Shown here piece by piece: positions 10,025-20,346 of a stretch of DNA of 59,234 nucleotides. Each line of letters begins with the position of its first letter. The stretch's first letter is position 1. The stretch spans positions 1 to 59,234 of the IMG/VR virus record IMGVR_UViG_3300046451_001045, one strand, 5' to 3'. Source of the stretch: a virus. Its lineage: Duplodnaviria; Caudoviricetes. Both the position numbers and the translations under genes were made by a program. Below the pieces are notes generated by a model, which saw nothing but the letters and a program-made list of their open reading frames with translations, was not told the DNA's origin and made no database searches.

Positions 10025-11587
10025 ATGGAAATATTCGGATTTGAAATATCCCGTAAAAAGGATGAACTAAGACAAACAGATGCGTTACTTGCTAACAAAT
10101 CTTTTGTACCACCAGTTGAGGATGACGGTACCCCCGTCATCCAAACACAACAGGGTGGATTTATCTCGGGTGGAGCTTATGGTTCCTATGTAGATATGGA
10201 AGGTGGTATCAAGAATGAGTCCACCCTCATATCAAGATATCGTGAGATATCACTTATACCTGAGTGTGACTCTGCTATCGAAGATATAGTTAATGAATGT
10301 ATCACAGCGGATAGTTCAGATAAGATAGTGTCACTCGACCTTAGAGATGTAAAACTCTCTAGTGGAATCAAAAAGAAGATGGGTGACGAGTTTTACCACA
10401 TCTTATCTATGATGAAGTTCAATCAGAACTCTCATGAATTATTCAGAAAATGGTACGTTGATGGAAGGATTTACTTCCATAAAGTCGTGGACGGAAAACG
10501 ACCAAAATTAGGTATTGTGGATTTAAGAAATGTTGACCCTCTTAGAATTAAAAAAATAAGAAATGTTGACAAGAAAAAAGACCCAAAAACTAATATAGAT
10601 GTCATTACTAAGGTAGAAGAGTTCTTCCTATTTAATGATAAAGGATTTCAAGATGGTGGTGCCGCAGAAGGTAACACTGTCAGAATAGCACCCGAAGCTG
10701 TTACTTATACAACTTCAGGACTATTAGACTACACTAAGAATGTAGTTATAGGATACTTGCATAAAGCATTAAAGACTTCTAACCAGTTGTCAATGATGGA
10801 AGATGCACTTGTTATTTACAGAATATCAAGAGCTCCTGAAAGAAGAATATTTTATATTGACGTAGGTAATCTACCAAAAGCGAAAGCTGAACAGTACCTT
10901 GCAGATGTAATGAATAAGTATAAAAATAAACTTATTTACAATGCAGATACAGGTGAGATTAAAGATGATAGAAAACATATGTCAATGTTGGAAGATTTTT
11001 GGTTACCTAGAAGAGAGGGTGGCCGAGGAACAGAGATTGAAACTCTGCCCGGCGGACAAAATCTTTCAGAGATAGACGATATAGAATACTTTAAGAAGAA
11101 ACTATATCAGTCTCTTAATGTACCAGCCTCTAGGATGGAATCAGATAATGGTTTCAACATGGGTAGGTCTTCAGAGATTAATAGAGATGAACTTAAGTTT
11201 AATAAGTTCACTAACAGACTTCAGAAGAAGTTTGCTAGGGTCTTTACAGACATTCTGAGAACACAATTAGTCCTTAAGGAGATTGTTTCTGCAGAAGAGT
11301 TCGATGGAATTAAAGATTTTATACAGTATGACTTTGCAACGGACAACCACTTTACAGAGTTGAAAGACCAAGAAATACTGAAAGAGAGATTAGATACATT
11401 ACAGACTGCATCAGAGTATGTTGGTCAGTACTTCAGTAAAGAGTATGTTAGAAAATATATACTAAGACAGACTGAAGATGAAATTGCACAAATGGATGCT
11501 CAAATAAAAGCAGACAATGATGCAGGTGAAAACGATGATAGTGGAGATGGTTTCTACGATTCAAATGATAATGGAGAGAACAAATAA
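10025..11587 (+). CDS. gp20: Portal protein gp20
   Basis: WYVDGR, YRISRAPERRIFYIDVGN, EDFWLPRREGGRGTEI. Confidence 0.97.
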   Translation: MEIFGFEISRKKDELRQTDALLANKSFVPPVEDDGTPVIQTQQGGFISGGAYGSYVDMEGGIKNESTLISRYREISLIPECDSAIEDIVNECITADSSDKIVSLDLRDVKLSSGIKKKMGDEFYHILSMMKFNQNSHELFRKWYVDGRIYFHKVVDGKRPKLGIVDLRNVDPLRIKKIRNVDKKKDPKTNIDVITKVEEFFLFNDKGFQDGGAAEGNTVRIAPEAVTYTTSGLLDYTKNVVIGYLHKALKTSNQLSMMEDALVIYRISRAPERRIFYIDVGNLPKAKAEQYLADVMNKYKNKLIYNADTGEIKDDRKHMSMLEDFWLPRREGGRGTEIETLPGGQNLSEIDDIEYFKKKLYQSLNVPASRMESDNGFNMGRSSEINRDELKFNKFTNRLQKKFARVFTDILRTQLVLKEIVSAEEFDGIKDFIQYDFATDNHFTELKDQEILKERLDTLQTASEYVGQYFSKEYVRKYILRQTEDEIAQMDAQIKADNDAGENDDSGDGFYDSNDNGENK

Positions 11588-11763
11588 TGGTAAGTGAAAT
11601 ATCAAAAGATATAGTTAATAGTATTGAAGATGGAAAATTGGATGTTGCAAAACAACAAATCTTTGATGGTGTTAAAGAGAAAGCTGCAGAAGTAGTAGAC
11701 ATGAAAAGAGTAGAACTGCAAGTGGATTGGATGTCCAATCCTGAAGAACACACTGGAGTGTAA
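11587..11763 (+). CDS. Small prohead core protein (gp67-like), 58 aa, not in the ORF track
   Basis: ATG overlaps the gp20 stop (TAATG); MVSEISKDIVNSIEDGKLDVAKQQIF...; occupies the gp67 position. Confidence 0.7.
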   Translation: MVSEISKDIVNSIEDGKLDVAKQQIFDGVKEKAAEVVDMKRVELQVDWMSNPEEHTGV

Positions 11764-12075
11764 ATGAAAAGTTTTAAGGTAATGCAAAAAGAACTTAGAG
11801 AAGCTAAATCTTTTAAGTTACCTAGTGGGTCTAAAGAACTCAAGACCGACAAGATTAAAGTTGGTAGTCGTAATGCAGATTTAGTATATGCACAGAATAA
11901 AAAAGGTAAGGTTGATGTGTATATAGATGGTAATTTGTTCAGTGGAGACGAACCTTACAAAGATTTAAAGAGTGCAGAAAAGGAGATGAAAGACATTAGA
12001 ACTTTAATGTCATCTTCAGATATGCAAGAAGTAACAATCGAGGAAATTATCAATGAAATTAATAGCAGAGTTTAA
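11764..12075 (+). CDS. Putative prohead core/internal protein (gp68 position)
   Basis: Between portal and protease; N-terminus MKSFK...LREA resembles a capsid-targeting leader. Confidence 0.6.
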   Translation: MKSFKVMQKELREAKSFKLPSGSKELKTDKIKVGSRNADLVYAQNKKGKVDVYIDGNLFSGDEPYKDLKSAEKEMKDIRTLMSSSDMQEVTIEEIINEINSRV

Positions 12076-12706
12076 CGAAAATATAACACCTATAATTACC
12101 GAGGCTAAAGAGGACGGTAAGAAGGACTACTTTATTGAAGGTATCTTCATGCAAGCGGACATTAAAAACCGTAATGGTAGAGTCTATCCAAAAGAAATTA
12201 TGGAGAAAGAAGTAGGTCGTTACGTCAAAGAGTTCGTTGAAAAACAACGCGCATTTGGTGAGTTGGGACACCCTGAAGGGCCAACCATCAATCTCGATAA
12301 AGTATCACATCTTATCCAATCATTGACTCTAGAAGGGTCAAACTATGTTGGTAAAGCAAAAATTTTAAGTACCCCCAACGGTCAGATTGTAAGAAATCTA
12401 ATCGATGATGGTGCGAAATTGGGTGTATCATCTAGAGGTCTAGGTTCACTAGAACAAAAAGGTAATGCACAATATGTCAAAGACGATTTTCAACTTGCCA
12501 CCGCAGGTGACATCGTTGCAGACCCATCAGCTCCTGAAGCATTTGTCGAAGGAATAATGGAAGGGGTTGAGTGGATTATGGGTAAAAATGGAGTGTTAAC
12601 TGCTATACAAGCAGAAGACTTCCAAAAAACCCTAAAGTCTGCACGACTAAATAACTTAGAAGAAACTAAGTTAAATCTATGGAAAAGGTTCGTTGAAAAC
12701 CTTTAA
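12053..12706 (+). CDS. gp21: Prohead protease gp21
   Basis: NRNGRVY, GELGHP, GVSSRGLGS, DIVADPSAP. Confidence 0.96.
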   Translation: MKLIAEFNENITPIITEAKEDGKKDYFIEGIFMQADIKNRNGRVYPKEIMEKEVGRYVKEFVEKQRAFGELGHPEGPTINLDKVSHLIQSLTLEGSNYVGKAKILSTPNGQIVRNLIDDGAKLGVSSRGLGSLEQKGNAQYVKDDFQLATAGDIVADPSAPEAFVEGIMEGVEWIMGKNGVLTAIQAEDFQKTLKSARLNNLEETKLNLWKRFVENL

Positions 12707-12744
12707 TATATAAATAAATAAGTAAACTCAAACAGGAGAAAAAC

Positions 12745-14115
12745 ATGACAGAGTTAGAAAATAACCTAAACACAACTGAAGAAGTTGTTGAGACTATGGA
12801 AGAGGGTGTTCAACCTGATTCTAAGTCAGAAAAAGGTGACGCAAAACCCGTCAAACAAGGTTCATCAGATGCTGAGACTATTGGTCAAGGTAATGTTGAA
12901 GTCGTCAAACCTGAAGAAAATCCTGTTGACAAAGCAGTTGCAGCTCAAAAGAAAGCAGAAAGTGTCCCAGCCGTAAAGGGTGATGCACAACAAAAGAATG
13001 CTGGAAAAGGTGATGCTCAACCAAAACTGAAGAAAGTTTCAGAAGATGAATCAGAGTCTAAAAAAGACGAAGTAAAATCTTCAAAAATGGAATCTATCAA
13101 AGCTATCGTCAACAATATGAAGGAAATGACTAAGGAAGAAATCTCAACTGTACTGGGAACAGTATCAGAAGAAGAGGTTGACGAAAGTTTGACTAAAGCA
13201 GAAGTTGCTAGAAAAGTGGTAGAATCATTAAAATCAATGTCTGAAGAAGATGTTGCAGAAGCCTATGCTAAAATGAAAGGTAAAGAAGATAAAGAGGAAG
13301 AAGTTAAGTCAGAGTCCGTTGAGGAAGAGTTAACTGCAGACCTAGAGTCTTCTCTTGTTGAAATTGAAATAGATGACGACCTATCAGCAATCTCAGAAGC
13401 ATTAGACCTATCAGATGAAAATGCCGAAAAAGCCAAAACAATATTCAAAGCTGCAGTAACTTCTAAAGTTGCTGAAGTTAAAGAATCTCTTGATGCTCAG
13501 TATCAAGAAGAACTAAAGTCCACTGTTGCGACTGTTAAGGGTGACCTTGCAGAAGCCGTAGACAAGTACTTATCTTACACCGCTGAAGAGTGGGTCAAAG
13601 AGAATGAACTTGCAATCGAAAGAGGATTGAGGTCAGAAATGACTGAAAATTTCATTGAAGGATTGAAAACATTGTTCGTAGAACATTATGTTGACGTTCC
13701 TGAAGATAAGTATTCAGTGATTGATGAACTCGCAAATCGTCTCGATGAGATGGAAGTAAAACTTGACAGTGAAGTCTCTAGAAATATGGACATTGCAGAA
13801 GAGTTGGAAACCCTCAAGAGAGAGAACGTGATATCAGAAGCGTCGAAAGACTTGACTGATTCACAAAAAGAGAAACTATCTTCACTTGCAGAAGGTGTTG
13901 AGTACAAAACTGAAGAGGACTTCGCTGAGAAGATTTCTGAAGTTAAGAATGCGTACTTCCCTACTGAAGGTGGAAAAATAGTTGAAGAAACTTTGATACA
14001 AGAAGGAACAGGAGAATTCGAAGTAGAGAAATCTGCAGAAGAAGTTCTTGCTAAAACTGACCCTTCTATGTCAAAGTATTCACAAGCAATAAGTAAGTTA
14101 AAACCACTAGGTTAA
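12745..14115 (+). CDS. gp22: Prohead scaffold protein gp22
   Basis: Acidic coiled coil, KAKTIFKAAV, YL.Y..EEW..EN..AIERG. Confidence 0.93.
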   Translation: MTELENNLNTTEEVVETMEEGVQPDSKSEKGDAKPVKQGSSDAETIGQGNVEVVKPEENPVDKAVAAQKKAESVPAVKGDAQQKNAGKGDAQPKLKKVSEDESESKKDEVKSSKMESIKAIVNNMKEMTKEEISTVLGTVSEEEVDESLTKAEVARKVVESLKSMSEEDVAEAYAKMKGKEDKEEEVKSESVEEELTADLESSLVEIEIDDDLSAISEALDLSDENAEKAKTIFKAAVTSKVAEVKESLDAQYQEELKSTVATVKGDLAEAVDKYLSYTAEEWVKENELAIERGLRSEMTENFIEGLKTLFVEHYVDVPEDKYSVIDELANRLDEMEVKLDSEVSRNMDIAEELETLKRENVISEASKDLTDSQKEKLSSLAEGVEYKTEEDFAEKISEVKNAYFPTEGGKIVEETLIQEGTGEFEVEKSAEEVLAKTDPSMSKYSQAISKLKPLG

Positions 14116-14140
14116 TACTTACTAAATTAAAGGAAAAAAT

Positions 14141-15448
14141 ATGTTTTTATCAGAAAACTTACAAGAGAAGTGGCAGCCGATTCTAGAACACTCCGATTTA
14201 CCAAAAATCGAAGACAACTACAAACGTGCCGTTACTGCTGTTATTCTTGAGAACCAAGAAAAAGCTCTTCAAGAGCAAAACTTGCAAGAAGCAGCACCTT
14301 TAAATGCTACTGGAACAGGTGTTTCTAACTGGGATCCGATTTTGATTTCACTAGTTAGACGTGCTATGCCAAATCTCGTTGCATACGACATTTGCGGAGT
14401 TCAACCAATGACTGGCCCAACAGGATTAATCTTTGCTATGAAAGCAAGATATAACGATTATCCTTCAGGAACAAGATTGACAAAATCAGAAGCAATGGGA
14501 ATTGACGAAGTTAGAACTGGATACTCTTCAGCTGCTAACCCAACTGCTGACGGTGTCGGAACTAACGACATCTCAGACCCATTCGATACTTCTTCACCTT
14601 CATATGCAGACACTACTGGTAACGGTATGTCTACAGCTTCAGCAGAAGCATTAGGTGATGTAGAAGCTTCAAACGGTTTTGCTCAAATGGGTTTCTCAAT
14701 TGAGAAAGCTACTGTTACTGCCAAGTCAAGAGCATTAAAAGCAGAATACACATTAGAACTTGCACAAGACCTCAAAGCAATCCACGGTCTTGACGCAGAA
14801 TCAGAACTTGCAAATATTCTTTCATCAGAAATTCTTGCAGAGATTAACCGTGAAGTTGTCAGAAGTGTCAACATTCAAGCAAAAACTGGTGCAGCTGATA
14901 CAGCTTCAGCAGGTACTTTCAACTTAGATGTTGATGCTAACGGAAGATGGTCTGTTGAGAAATTCAAAGGATTATTGTTTCAAATCGAAAGAGAGTCAAA
15001 CAAGATTGCTAAAGAAACAAGAAGAGGAAAAGGTAACTTTATCTTATGTTCTTCAGATGTTGCTTCAGCACTATCAATGGCTGGTGTATTAGATTACGCT
15101 CCTGCTCTTTCAACTAACCTAAACGTAGACGACACTGGTAATACATTTGCCGGTATTCTAAACGGAAGAGTTAAAGTTTACATCGACCCATATGCTGGTG
15201 TTGATTACTTGACTGTAGGTTATAGAGGAACTAATCCGTATGATGCTGGTATCTTCTACTGCCCATACGTTCCATTACAAATGGTTCGTGCAGTTGGTGA
15301 GAACACATTCCAACCAAAAATCGGTTTCAAAACTAGATATGGTATGGTTGCAAATCCATTTGTCGGAACTAATCCGTCAGATACTTTGTCTGCTACTGCA
15401 GGTGTTAACCAGTACTACAGAAAATTTGTTGTTTCAAACATTCTGTAA
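14141..15448 (+). CDS. gp23: Major capsid protein gp23
   Basis: LVRRAMP, GVQPMTGPTGLIFA, ELAQDLKAIHGLDAE, YCPYVPLQM, FQPKIGFKTRYG. Confidence 0.98.
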   Translation: MFLSENLQEKWQPILEHSDLPKIEDNYKRAVTAVILENQEKALQEQNLQEAAPLNATGTGVSNWDPILISLVRRAMPNLVAYDICGVQPMTGPTGLIFAMKARYNDYPSGTRLTKSEAMGIDEVRTGYSSAANPTADGVGTNDISDPFDTSSPSYADTTGNGMSTASAEALGDVEASNGFAQMGFSIEKATVTAKSRALKAEYTLELAQDLKAIHGLDAESELANILSSEILAEINREVVRSVNIQAKTGAADTASAGTFNLDVDANGRWSVEKFKGLLFQIERESNKIAKETRRGKGNFILCSSDVASALSMAGVLDYAPALSTNLNVDDTGNTFAGILNGRVKVYIDPYAGVDYLTVGYRGTNPYDAGIFYCPYVPLQMVRAVGENTFQPKIGFKTRYGMVANPFVGTNPSDTLSATAGVNQYYRKFVVSNIL

Positions 15449-15479
15449 GAACTACGGTTCATTACCTTCGGGTAATACT

Positions 15480-15509
15480 AAAAACCCCTCTTTCGAGGGG
15501 TTTTTTTTT
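15480..15509. terminator. Intrinsic, probably bidirectional, terminator after gp23
   Basis: AAAACCCCTC-TTTC-GAGGGG-T9 between convergent genes. Confidence 0.9.
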
Positions 15510-15534
15510 GGTCTTGCAGAAACACGTTGCAGTA

Positions 15535-15990
15535 TCAGAAATCTCCCTCAGCAACTTGAACTACTGTAGTACCTCTGTCTCTCCACATTTGAACAACTTG
15601 ATTTCTGTCATCAAAGACAATATCAATCTTACCACCCAATGATTCAAACTTGTCTGCAAGTTCCCCTTTAAATACATCATCCTTCCTAAAATCACCATCG
15701 GGTCTCAAGAACAACCCTTTATGGTCATCCCCAATCCATTCAGAAATCTGTTGTTCTGTAATGTCCCTTTCAGATTCGTTTCTTGCAGAGAAGAATGCAA
15801 CATCATCACCAAGTGCAATGTGTCTTTTTGCAATATCACAAACCCATTGAACAGGAGTGTCGAATTTAGTCTGTTCTCTGAATGATTTCCAGTCTTTCCA
15901 GCTATCTGTTCCATCCACAAAATGTCGTCTATGTTCACAGTCTGCAATGGTTCCATCTACATCAAAAATTATTGTTTGTTTTTTCATCAT
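15535..15990 (-). CDS. HAD-family phosphatase (3'-phosphatase domain of T4 PseT/Pnkp type)
   Basis: FDVDGT motif I, FSAR, K, VFDDRNQVV.MWR..G...QVAEGDF. Start placed at ATG 15990, 6 nt after a TATACT box. Confidence 0.88.
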   Translation of the reverse strand: MMKKQTIIFDVDGTIADCEHRRHFVDGTDSWKDWKSFREQTKFDTPVQWVCDIAKRHIALGDDVAFFSARNESERDITEQQISEWIGDDHKGLFLRPDGDFRKDDVFKGELADKFESLGGKIDIVFDDRNQVVQMWRDRGTTVVQVAEGDF

Positions 15991-15996
15991 GTATAT

Positions 15997-16026
15997 AGTA
16001 TACCACTTTATAGGGGACACTGTCAA
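15997..16026 (-). promoter_or_regulatory. Sigma70-type early promoter
   Basis: TTGACA-N18-TATACT on the minus strand. Confidence 0.8.
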
Positions 16027-16085
16027 GTGGTATAAATACTAGTGTAAGGAATAATCCTTACATGACACACACACAGGAGAATGAT

Positions 16086-16301
16086 ATGTCAGAGAATAAA
16101 TCAGGGTTCGAAATTAGAGCCGACTTACTAAACCAAGCACAAGGACTTTTGGAGAACAACTACCAAAGGCAGGTTGACGGAATATTTTTACACAATGAAA
16201 ATAATCCAAATGACTTACAAAGTCTACCACTAAGAGAAATTACTGGTGAAGAGGTTATTGTTGTTGCAAGACAACTAAATGAGTTTGTCACTGAAAAGTA
16301 A
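16086..16301 (+). CDS. Conserved hypothetical phage protein
   Basis: Late promoter at 16031, AGGAG SD; KSGFEIRADLL...A..LNEFV. Confidence 0.7.
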   Translation: MSENKSGFEIRADLLNQAQGLLENNYQRQVDGIFLHNENNPNDLQSLPLREITGEEVIVVARQLNEFVTEK

Positions 16302-16343
16302 CAACTCGTGGGGGGAAACCCCCACTATGTTATAAATAGTATT

Positions 16344-16577
16344 ATGGAAAAGATTATGCAAGAATTTGAAAAACAAGTAAATGTCCAAGAAGGGCCTTGG
16401 GAACAACAAACATTCCCATCAGGGTCGGAGACTACGAAGGGTATTATATCACGAAAAACTGTAACCCTCTACGAACAAGATGGTTACTTATGTGAAAACA
16501 CAGTAACAAGAGAGTATCGGTCTAATGACTATTTCGATACATCAAGTACAAAAAGGATAGCAAAGATAAATGGCTGA
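16344..16577 (+). CDS. Hypothetical protein
   Basis: TATAAATA at 16331 is 5 nt before ATG 16344; overlaps the gp3 start. Confidence 0.65.
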   Translation: MEKIMQEFEKQVNVQEGPWEQQTFPSGSETTKGIISRKTVTLYEQDGYLCENTVTREYRSNDYFDTSSTKRIAKING

Positions 16578-17115
16578 AACGACAATCAATAAATCTATAC
16601 TCAATAAGAATAATTTTAGACTTCTTATTGATAAGGTTCCTACAGTTGAATACTATGTGAAGAGTGTAAACATTCCCTCAATCACATTTGCAGAAGCAAC
16701 CATGCAAGCTGGTGTGGGTATTGATGCATATTTTCCTGGCGACAAGATTGAGTTTGGTACACTAGATGTATCTTTCCTAGTTGATGAAGATTTACAAAAC
16801 TTCAAGGAACTATATGATTGGATGGATGCAATTGTCCCATTCAGAGACCCTAGTAAATACAAAACCTACACTTCATCGTCTTCAACAGACCCATATGAAA
16901 AGTCCAGTAATACAGGTAATGACCTATTAACAACCTCTATGGTAACACTTGTTGTAAATACCAACAAGAACATACCTAATAAATACATACGATTCCATGA
17001 TGCATTCCCTATATCATTAGGTGGATTATCGTTTGAATCGGGTGCTGAGTCAGAAACAATCTCAGTTGATGCATCGTTTAGATTTGCATATTACGAGATA
17101 GAAAGCACTAGTTAA
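16570..17115 (+). CDS. gp3: Tail tube terminator/completion protein gp3
   Basis: VNIPSI, PGDKIEF, FLVDEDL.N..E.YDW, F.DAFP.SL. Confidence 0.9.
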   Translation: MAETTINKSILNKNNFRLLIDKVPTVEYYVKSVNIPSITFAEATMQAGVGIDAYFPGDKIEFGTLDVSFLVDEDLQNFKELYDWMDAIVPFRDPSKYKTYTSSSSTDPYEKSSNTGNDLLTTSMVTLVVNTNKNIPNKYIRFHDAFPISLGGLSFESGAESETISVDASFRFAYYEIESTS

Positions 17116-17165
17116 ACCCCTATAAATATGTTATACTAGTAGTTAATACTAGTAGGTGATTAATT

Positions 17166-17609
17166 ATGAACTTAGAACAAATAAAAGAACAGTGGTCTAA
17201 AGACTGTGAGATAGATGATATCGAATTAGATAGTGCATCTCTTGAAGTACCAAAACTACACGCAAAATACCAAGACTTACTAACCAGTAAGATACTTGTA
17301 TCCAAACAATACGAAGCCAAATATAACATCCTACTTAAAGATAAGTGGTTGTGGTATAATGGTAAACTTGATGCAGATAAGATTAGTGCATATGGATGGG
17401 AACACGACCCATTTGATGGTCTCAAAGTAATGAAGACCGATATGTCATATTTCTTCAATGCAGACCCCGACTTACAAGAGATGAGTGCAAAGAGAGAATA
17501 TCTTCAAGTGACTATTAACTATATCAAAGAGTGTATGACTAACATCACTTGGAGACACCAAACAATCCGTAACACGATTGATTGGAGAAAATTTATGGCA
17601 GGTCAATAA
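17166..17609 (+). CDS. uvsY: Recombination mediator UvsY
   Basis: W.KD..ID, PKLHAKY, I.N.IDW.KF.AG. Confidence 0.92.
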   Translation: MNLEQIKEQWSKDCEIDDIELDSASLEVPKLHAKYQDLLTSKILVSKQYEAKYNILLKDKWLWYNGKLDADKISAYGWEHDPFDGLKVMKTDMSYFFNADPDLQEMSAKREYLQVTINYIKECMTNITWRHQTIRNTIDWRKFMAGQ

Positions 17610-17610
17610 T

Positions 17611-18294
17611 ATGCAACTAGAGAATTATCTATGGGCATCAAAAGGATTCTTCACACCCGAAGAGGTGAAGGAGATTCATTTACATGCATCTATGATACCA
17701 ATAGAAGAGGGTTCAACAGGGTTTGTTCCAACCGACCCCGACAGTCCCGAAGCACATCAACCACCATCCCCTTCAGAAGAAATTAGAAGTTCTAAAATAA
17801 AGTGGTTTAATCCCAATATTGGATTCGGACTGCCAGAACCTATAGTAACGAGAATTTGGGATGCGTTTATGGAAGCCAATGTGACATCAAACTGGAATCA
17901 TAAACTTGAATTTCTAGAAAATATGCAATACACCATCTATGAACACACTCCATCTAAAAGTAGAAGTGATTTCTATACATGGCACACAGACCATGGTGGA
18001 AAAACAAACCCCGATGGAATGCATAGAAAATTATCTATGTCTATTCAGTTGTCAGAACCCGATGAGTATGAGGGTGGACTATTTCAATGGTTGGAACCAA
18101 ACCATCAGTTTGATAGAATCAAAAAAGGAGAACCATTCTCGTATGATGAGGCGATTAGAACTGTTCCCGAAAGTATCAAAACTTCAGGTTCGGTAATCGT
18201 TTTTCCATCCTTTGTTCATCACCAAGTTACACCTGTAGTGCATGGTACTAGAATATCTATGGTCGTTTGGGCAAATGGATATCCTTATGTCTAA
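17611..18294 (+). CDS. 2OG-Fe(II) oxygenase (PKHD-type hydroxylase-like)
   Basis: QYTIY, YTWHTD, RKLSMSIQLS..DEYEGG, FPSFVHHQVTPV..GTR. Confidence 0.9.
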   Translation: MQLENYLWASKGFFTPEEVKEIHLHASMIPIEEGSTGFVPTDPDSPEAHQPPSPSEEIRSSKIKWFNPNIGFGLPEPIVTRIWDAFMEANVTSNWNHKLEFLENMQYTIYEHTPSKSRSDFYTWHTDHGGKTNPDGMHRKLSMSIQLSEPDEYEGGLFQWLEPNHQFDRIKKGEPFSYDEAIRTVPESIKTSGSVIVFPSFVHHQVTPVVHGTRISMVVWANGYPYV

Positions 18295-19708
18295 ACCAAT
18301 AGTCACCGTCTCTAAAGTAGATGAGTGTTTCCTAAAGGTTGAATGTCCTGATGATGGCCTTGCAAAAGACCTTCATGAATTCTTCTCATACAAAGTTCCA
18401 AATGCAAAATTCATGCCTTCCTATAGAAACAAGTGGTGGGATGGTAAGGTATATCTATTTTCAATTAAAACAAGAAAGATATACATAGGATTACTTCCAT
18501 ACATCGATGAGTTCTGTAGAGAACGTGGATATGAGTTTGAAGGTGTTCAAGAGGTTCTAGGACATAAACATAAAAAAGACATAACCAAGAATGGTGAGTT
18601 GAAGAGTTGGGGACTACCCTTTGAACCTAGAGACTACCAGTTGGAAGCCTTTAATACTGCAATACAGTACGGTAGACAGTTGTTATTATCACCCACTGCA
18701 AGTGGTAAGTCTCTCATCATATACATGTTAGCAAGGTACTACGACACCAAGACGGTCATCATTGTACCTACCACGTCACTGGTCGAACAGATGACAAAAG
18801 ATTTTCAAGATTACGGTTATACAGAACCTATCTGCAAAATATATCACGGACAAGAAGTGTTTGATGCACCAATCACAATTACAACATGGCAGTCGTTTGC
18901 AAAAGCACCCAAGGAAGTCTTAGAAAGTTTCGATATGGTTGTTGGGGATGAAGCACACCTATTCAAAGCAAATGTTTTGAAGGGTATATTAGAGAAGATG
19001 AAAAAGACTGCATTACGATTCGGTTGTACTGGTACACTGGACGGAACCGAGGTACATAGACTACAACTGGAAGGTTTGTTCGGCCCTGTTAAGAAGGTTA
19101 TTACTACTGCACAACTTATGGAAGAGGGGACAATTGCAAATCTATCCATAGACATATTAGTTCTGAAACATCAAAAAAGAAAGTTTGAAAACTACCAAGA
19201 AGAGATGGACTACATCGTAGGAAATGATAGTCGCAACGAATTCATCTGCAACCTTGTGTACAGTTTGAAGGGAAATACACTTGTATTATTTCAATATGTC
19301 GAAAAACATGGAGTTATTCTACACACCAAGATGAGAGAAAGACTGAAAGACAAATTACATTATGTGTATGGTGGTACAGATGTAACGGATAGGGAAGAGG
19401 TGAGAACCCTTGTAGAGAAAGCTAGTGACAATGTTATACTTGCATCATATGGAACATTCTCTACTGGAGTCAATATCAAGAAGATTGATAATATTGTTTT
19501 CGCATCACCATCTAAATCTAGAATTCGCAATCTACAATCTATCGGAAGAGGGTTGAGAAAGGGTGAGGGTAAGGACTCTATGAGGTTGTTTGATATTGCA
19601 GACAGTATTGGTGGAAACAACTACACACTAAATCATCTAAAGGAACGTATAAATATATACAATGAAGAAGGTTTTGTTTATGAAATTAAGGAGTTCAATT
19701 TAAAATGA
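18287..19708 (+). CDS. uvsW: DNA/RNA helicase UvsW
   Basis: PRDYQ, SPTASGKS, DEAH, QSIGRGLR. Confidence 0.96.
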   Translation: MSKPIVTVSKVDECFLKVECPDDGLAKDLHEFFSYKVPNAKFMPSYRNKWWDGKVYLFSIKTRKIYIGLLPYIDEFCRERGYEFEGVQEVLGHKHKKDITKNGELKSWGLPFEPRDYQLEAFNTAIQYGRQLLLSPTASGKSLIIYMLARYYDTKTVIIVPTTSLVEQMTKDFQDYGYTEPICKIYHGQEVFDAPITITTWQSFAKAPKEVLESFDMVVGDEAHLFKANVLKGILEKMKKTALRFGCTGTLDGTEVHRLQLEGLFGPVKKVITTAQLMEEGTIANLSIDILVLKHQKRKFENYQEEMDYIVGNDSRNEFICNLVYSLKGNTLVLFQYVEKHGVILHTKMRERLKDKLHYVYGGTDVTDREEVRTLVEKASDNVILASYGTFSTGVNIKKIDNIVFASPSKSRIRNLQSIGRGLRKGEGKDSMRLFDIADSIGGNNYTLNHLKERINIYNEEGFVYEIKEFNLK

Positions 19709-20346
19709 TTATAGTAGATGATTTTTTAAATGATGAGAACTTTGCAAATATCAGTACTCACCCCCTATGGGTTAATAAGTCATCTCTTGATGTAACTACA
19801 AATGATAATGTAGGTACACGTCAAAAATTTCATTGGAAGAATAAAGAAGACCCAGCTGTAAATATTTTCGAAACCCTAATACATGAAGTGGTAGATAATT
19901 TATTACAGTTTACAAACCCACATCAAGGTTATGAATATTGGTTAAACACCACCATTATTGGTGAGGGTATGCCTGTACATTTTGATAAAGATGAAATACA
20001 CATGTTGAATACTCAAGAATTGAGGACACCTATGTTGGGGATGATATACTACGCACATACAGAGATTCCTGAAGGTGGAGAATTAATCATTCATGCATAT
20101 GAAAATAAACATGAAAAAATATTACCAGTACCTAATAGGTTGGTAGTCTTTAATTCTTCTCAACGTCATGAAGTAACTAGGGTTTTGAGTGGACTTAGAC
20201 GAAGTGTTGCAATAAATATATGGGACAGACCTCCTCTTACAAATGAATACCTTACTGAAGGTGGAAGAGATGGAAAGGTCACGATAACTGAAAAACCAAG
20301 GAACTTTAATGACATCACCAAAGGACTTAATACCGATGAAGTATGA
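19705..20346 (+). CDS. 2OG-Fe(II) oxygenase
   Basis: HFDKDE, EGGEL, PNRLVVF, HEV, RRSVAIN.W. Confidence 0.85.
   Translation: MIIVDDFLNDENFANISTHPLWVNKSSLDVTTNDNVGTRQKFHWKNKEDPAVNIFETLIHEVVDNLLQFTNPHQGYEYWLNTTIIGEGMPVHFDKDEIHMLNTQELRTPMLGMIYYAHTEIPEGGELIIHAYENKHEKILPVPNRLVVFNSSQRHEVTRVLSGLRRSVAINIWDRPPLTNEYLTEGGRDGKVTITEKPRNFNDITKGLNTDEV

Noticed and set aside
16308-16325. GTGGGGG-GAAA-CCCCCAC hairpin as terminator, and the GTG start at 16308
   Set aside because: The hairpin is real but lacks a U-tract, so it is not called a terminator. The gene more likely starts at ATG 16344.
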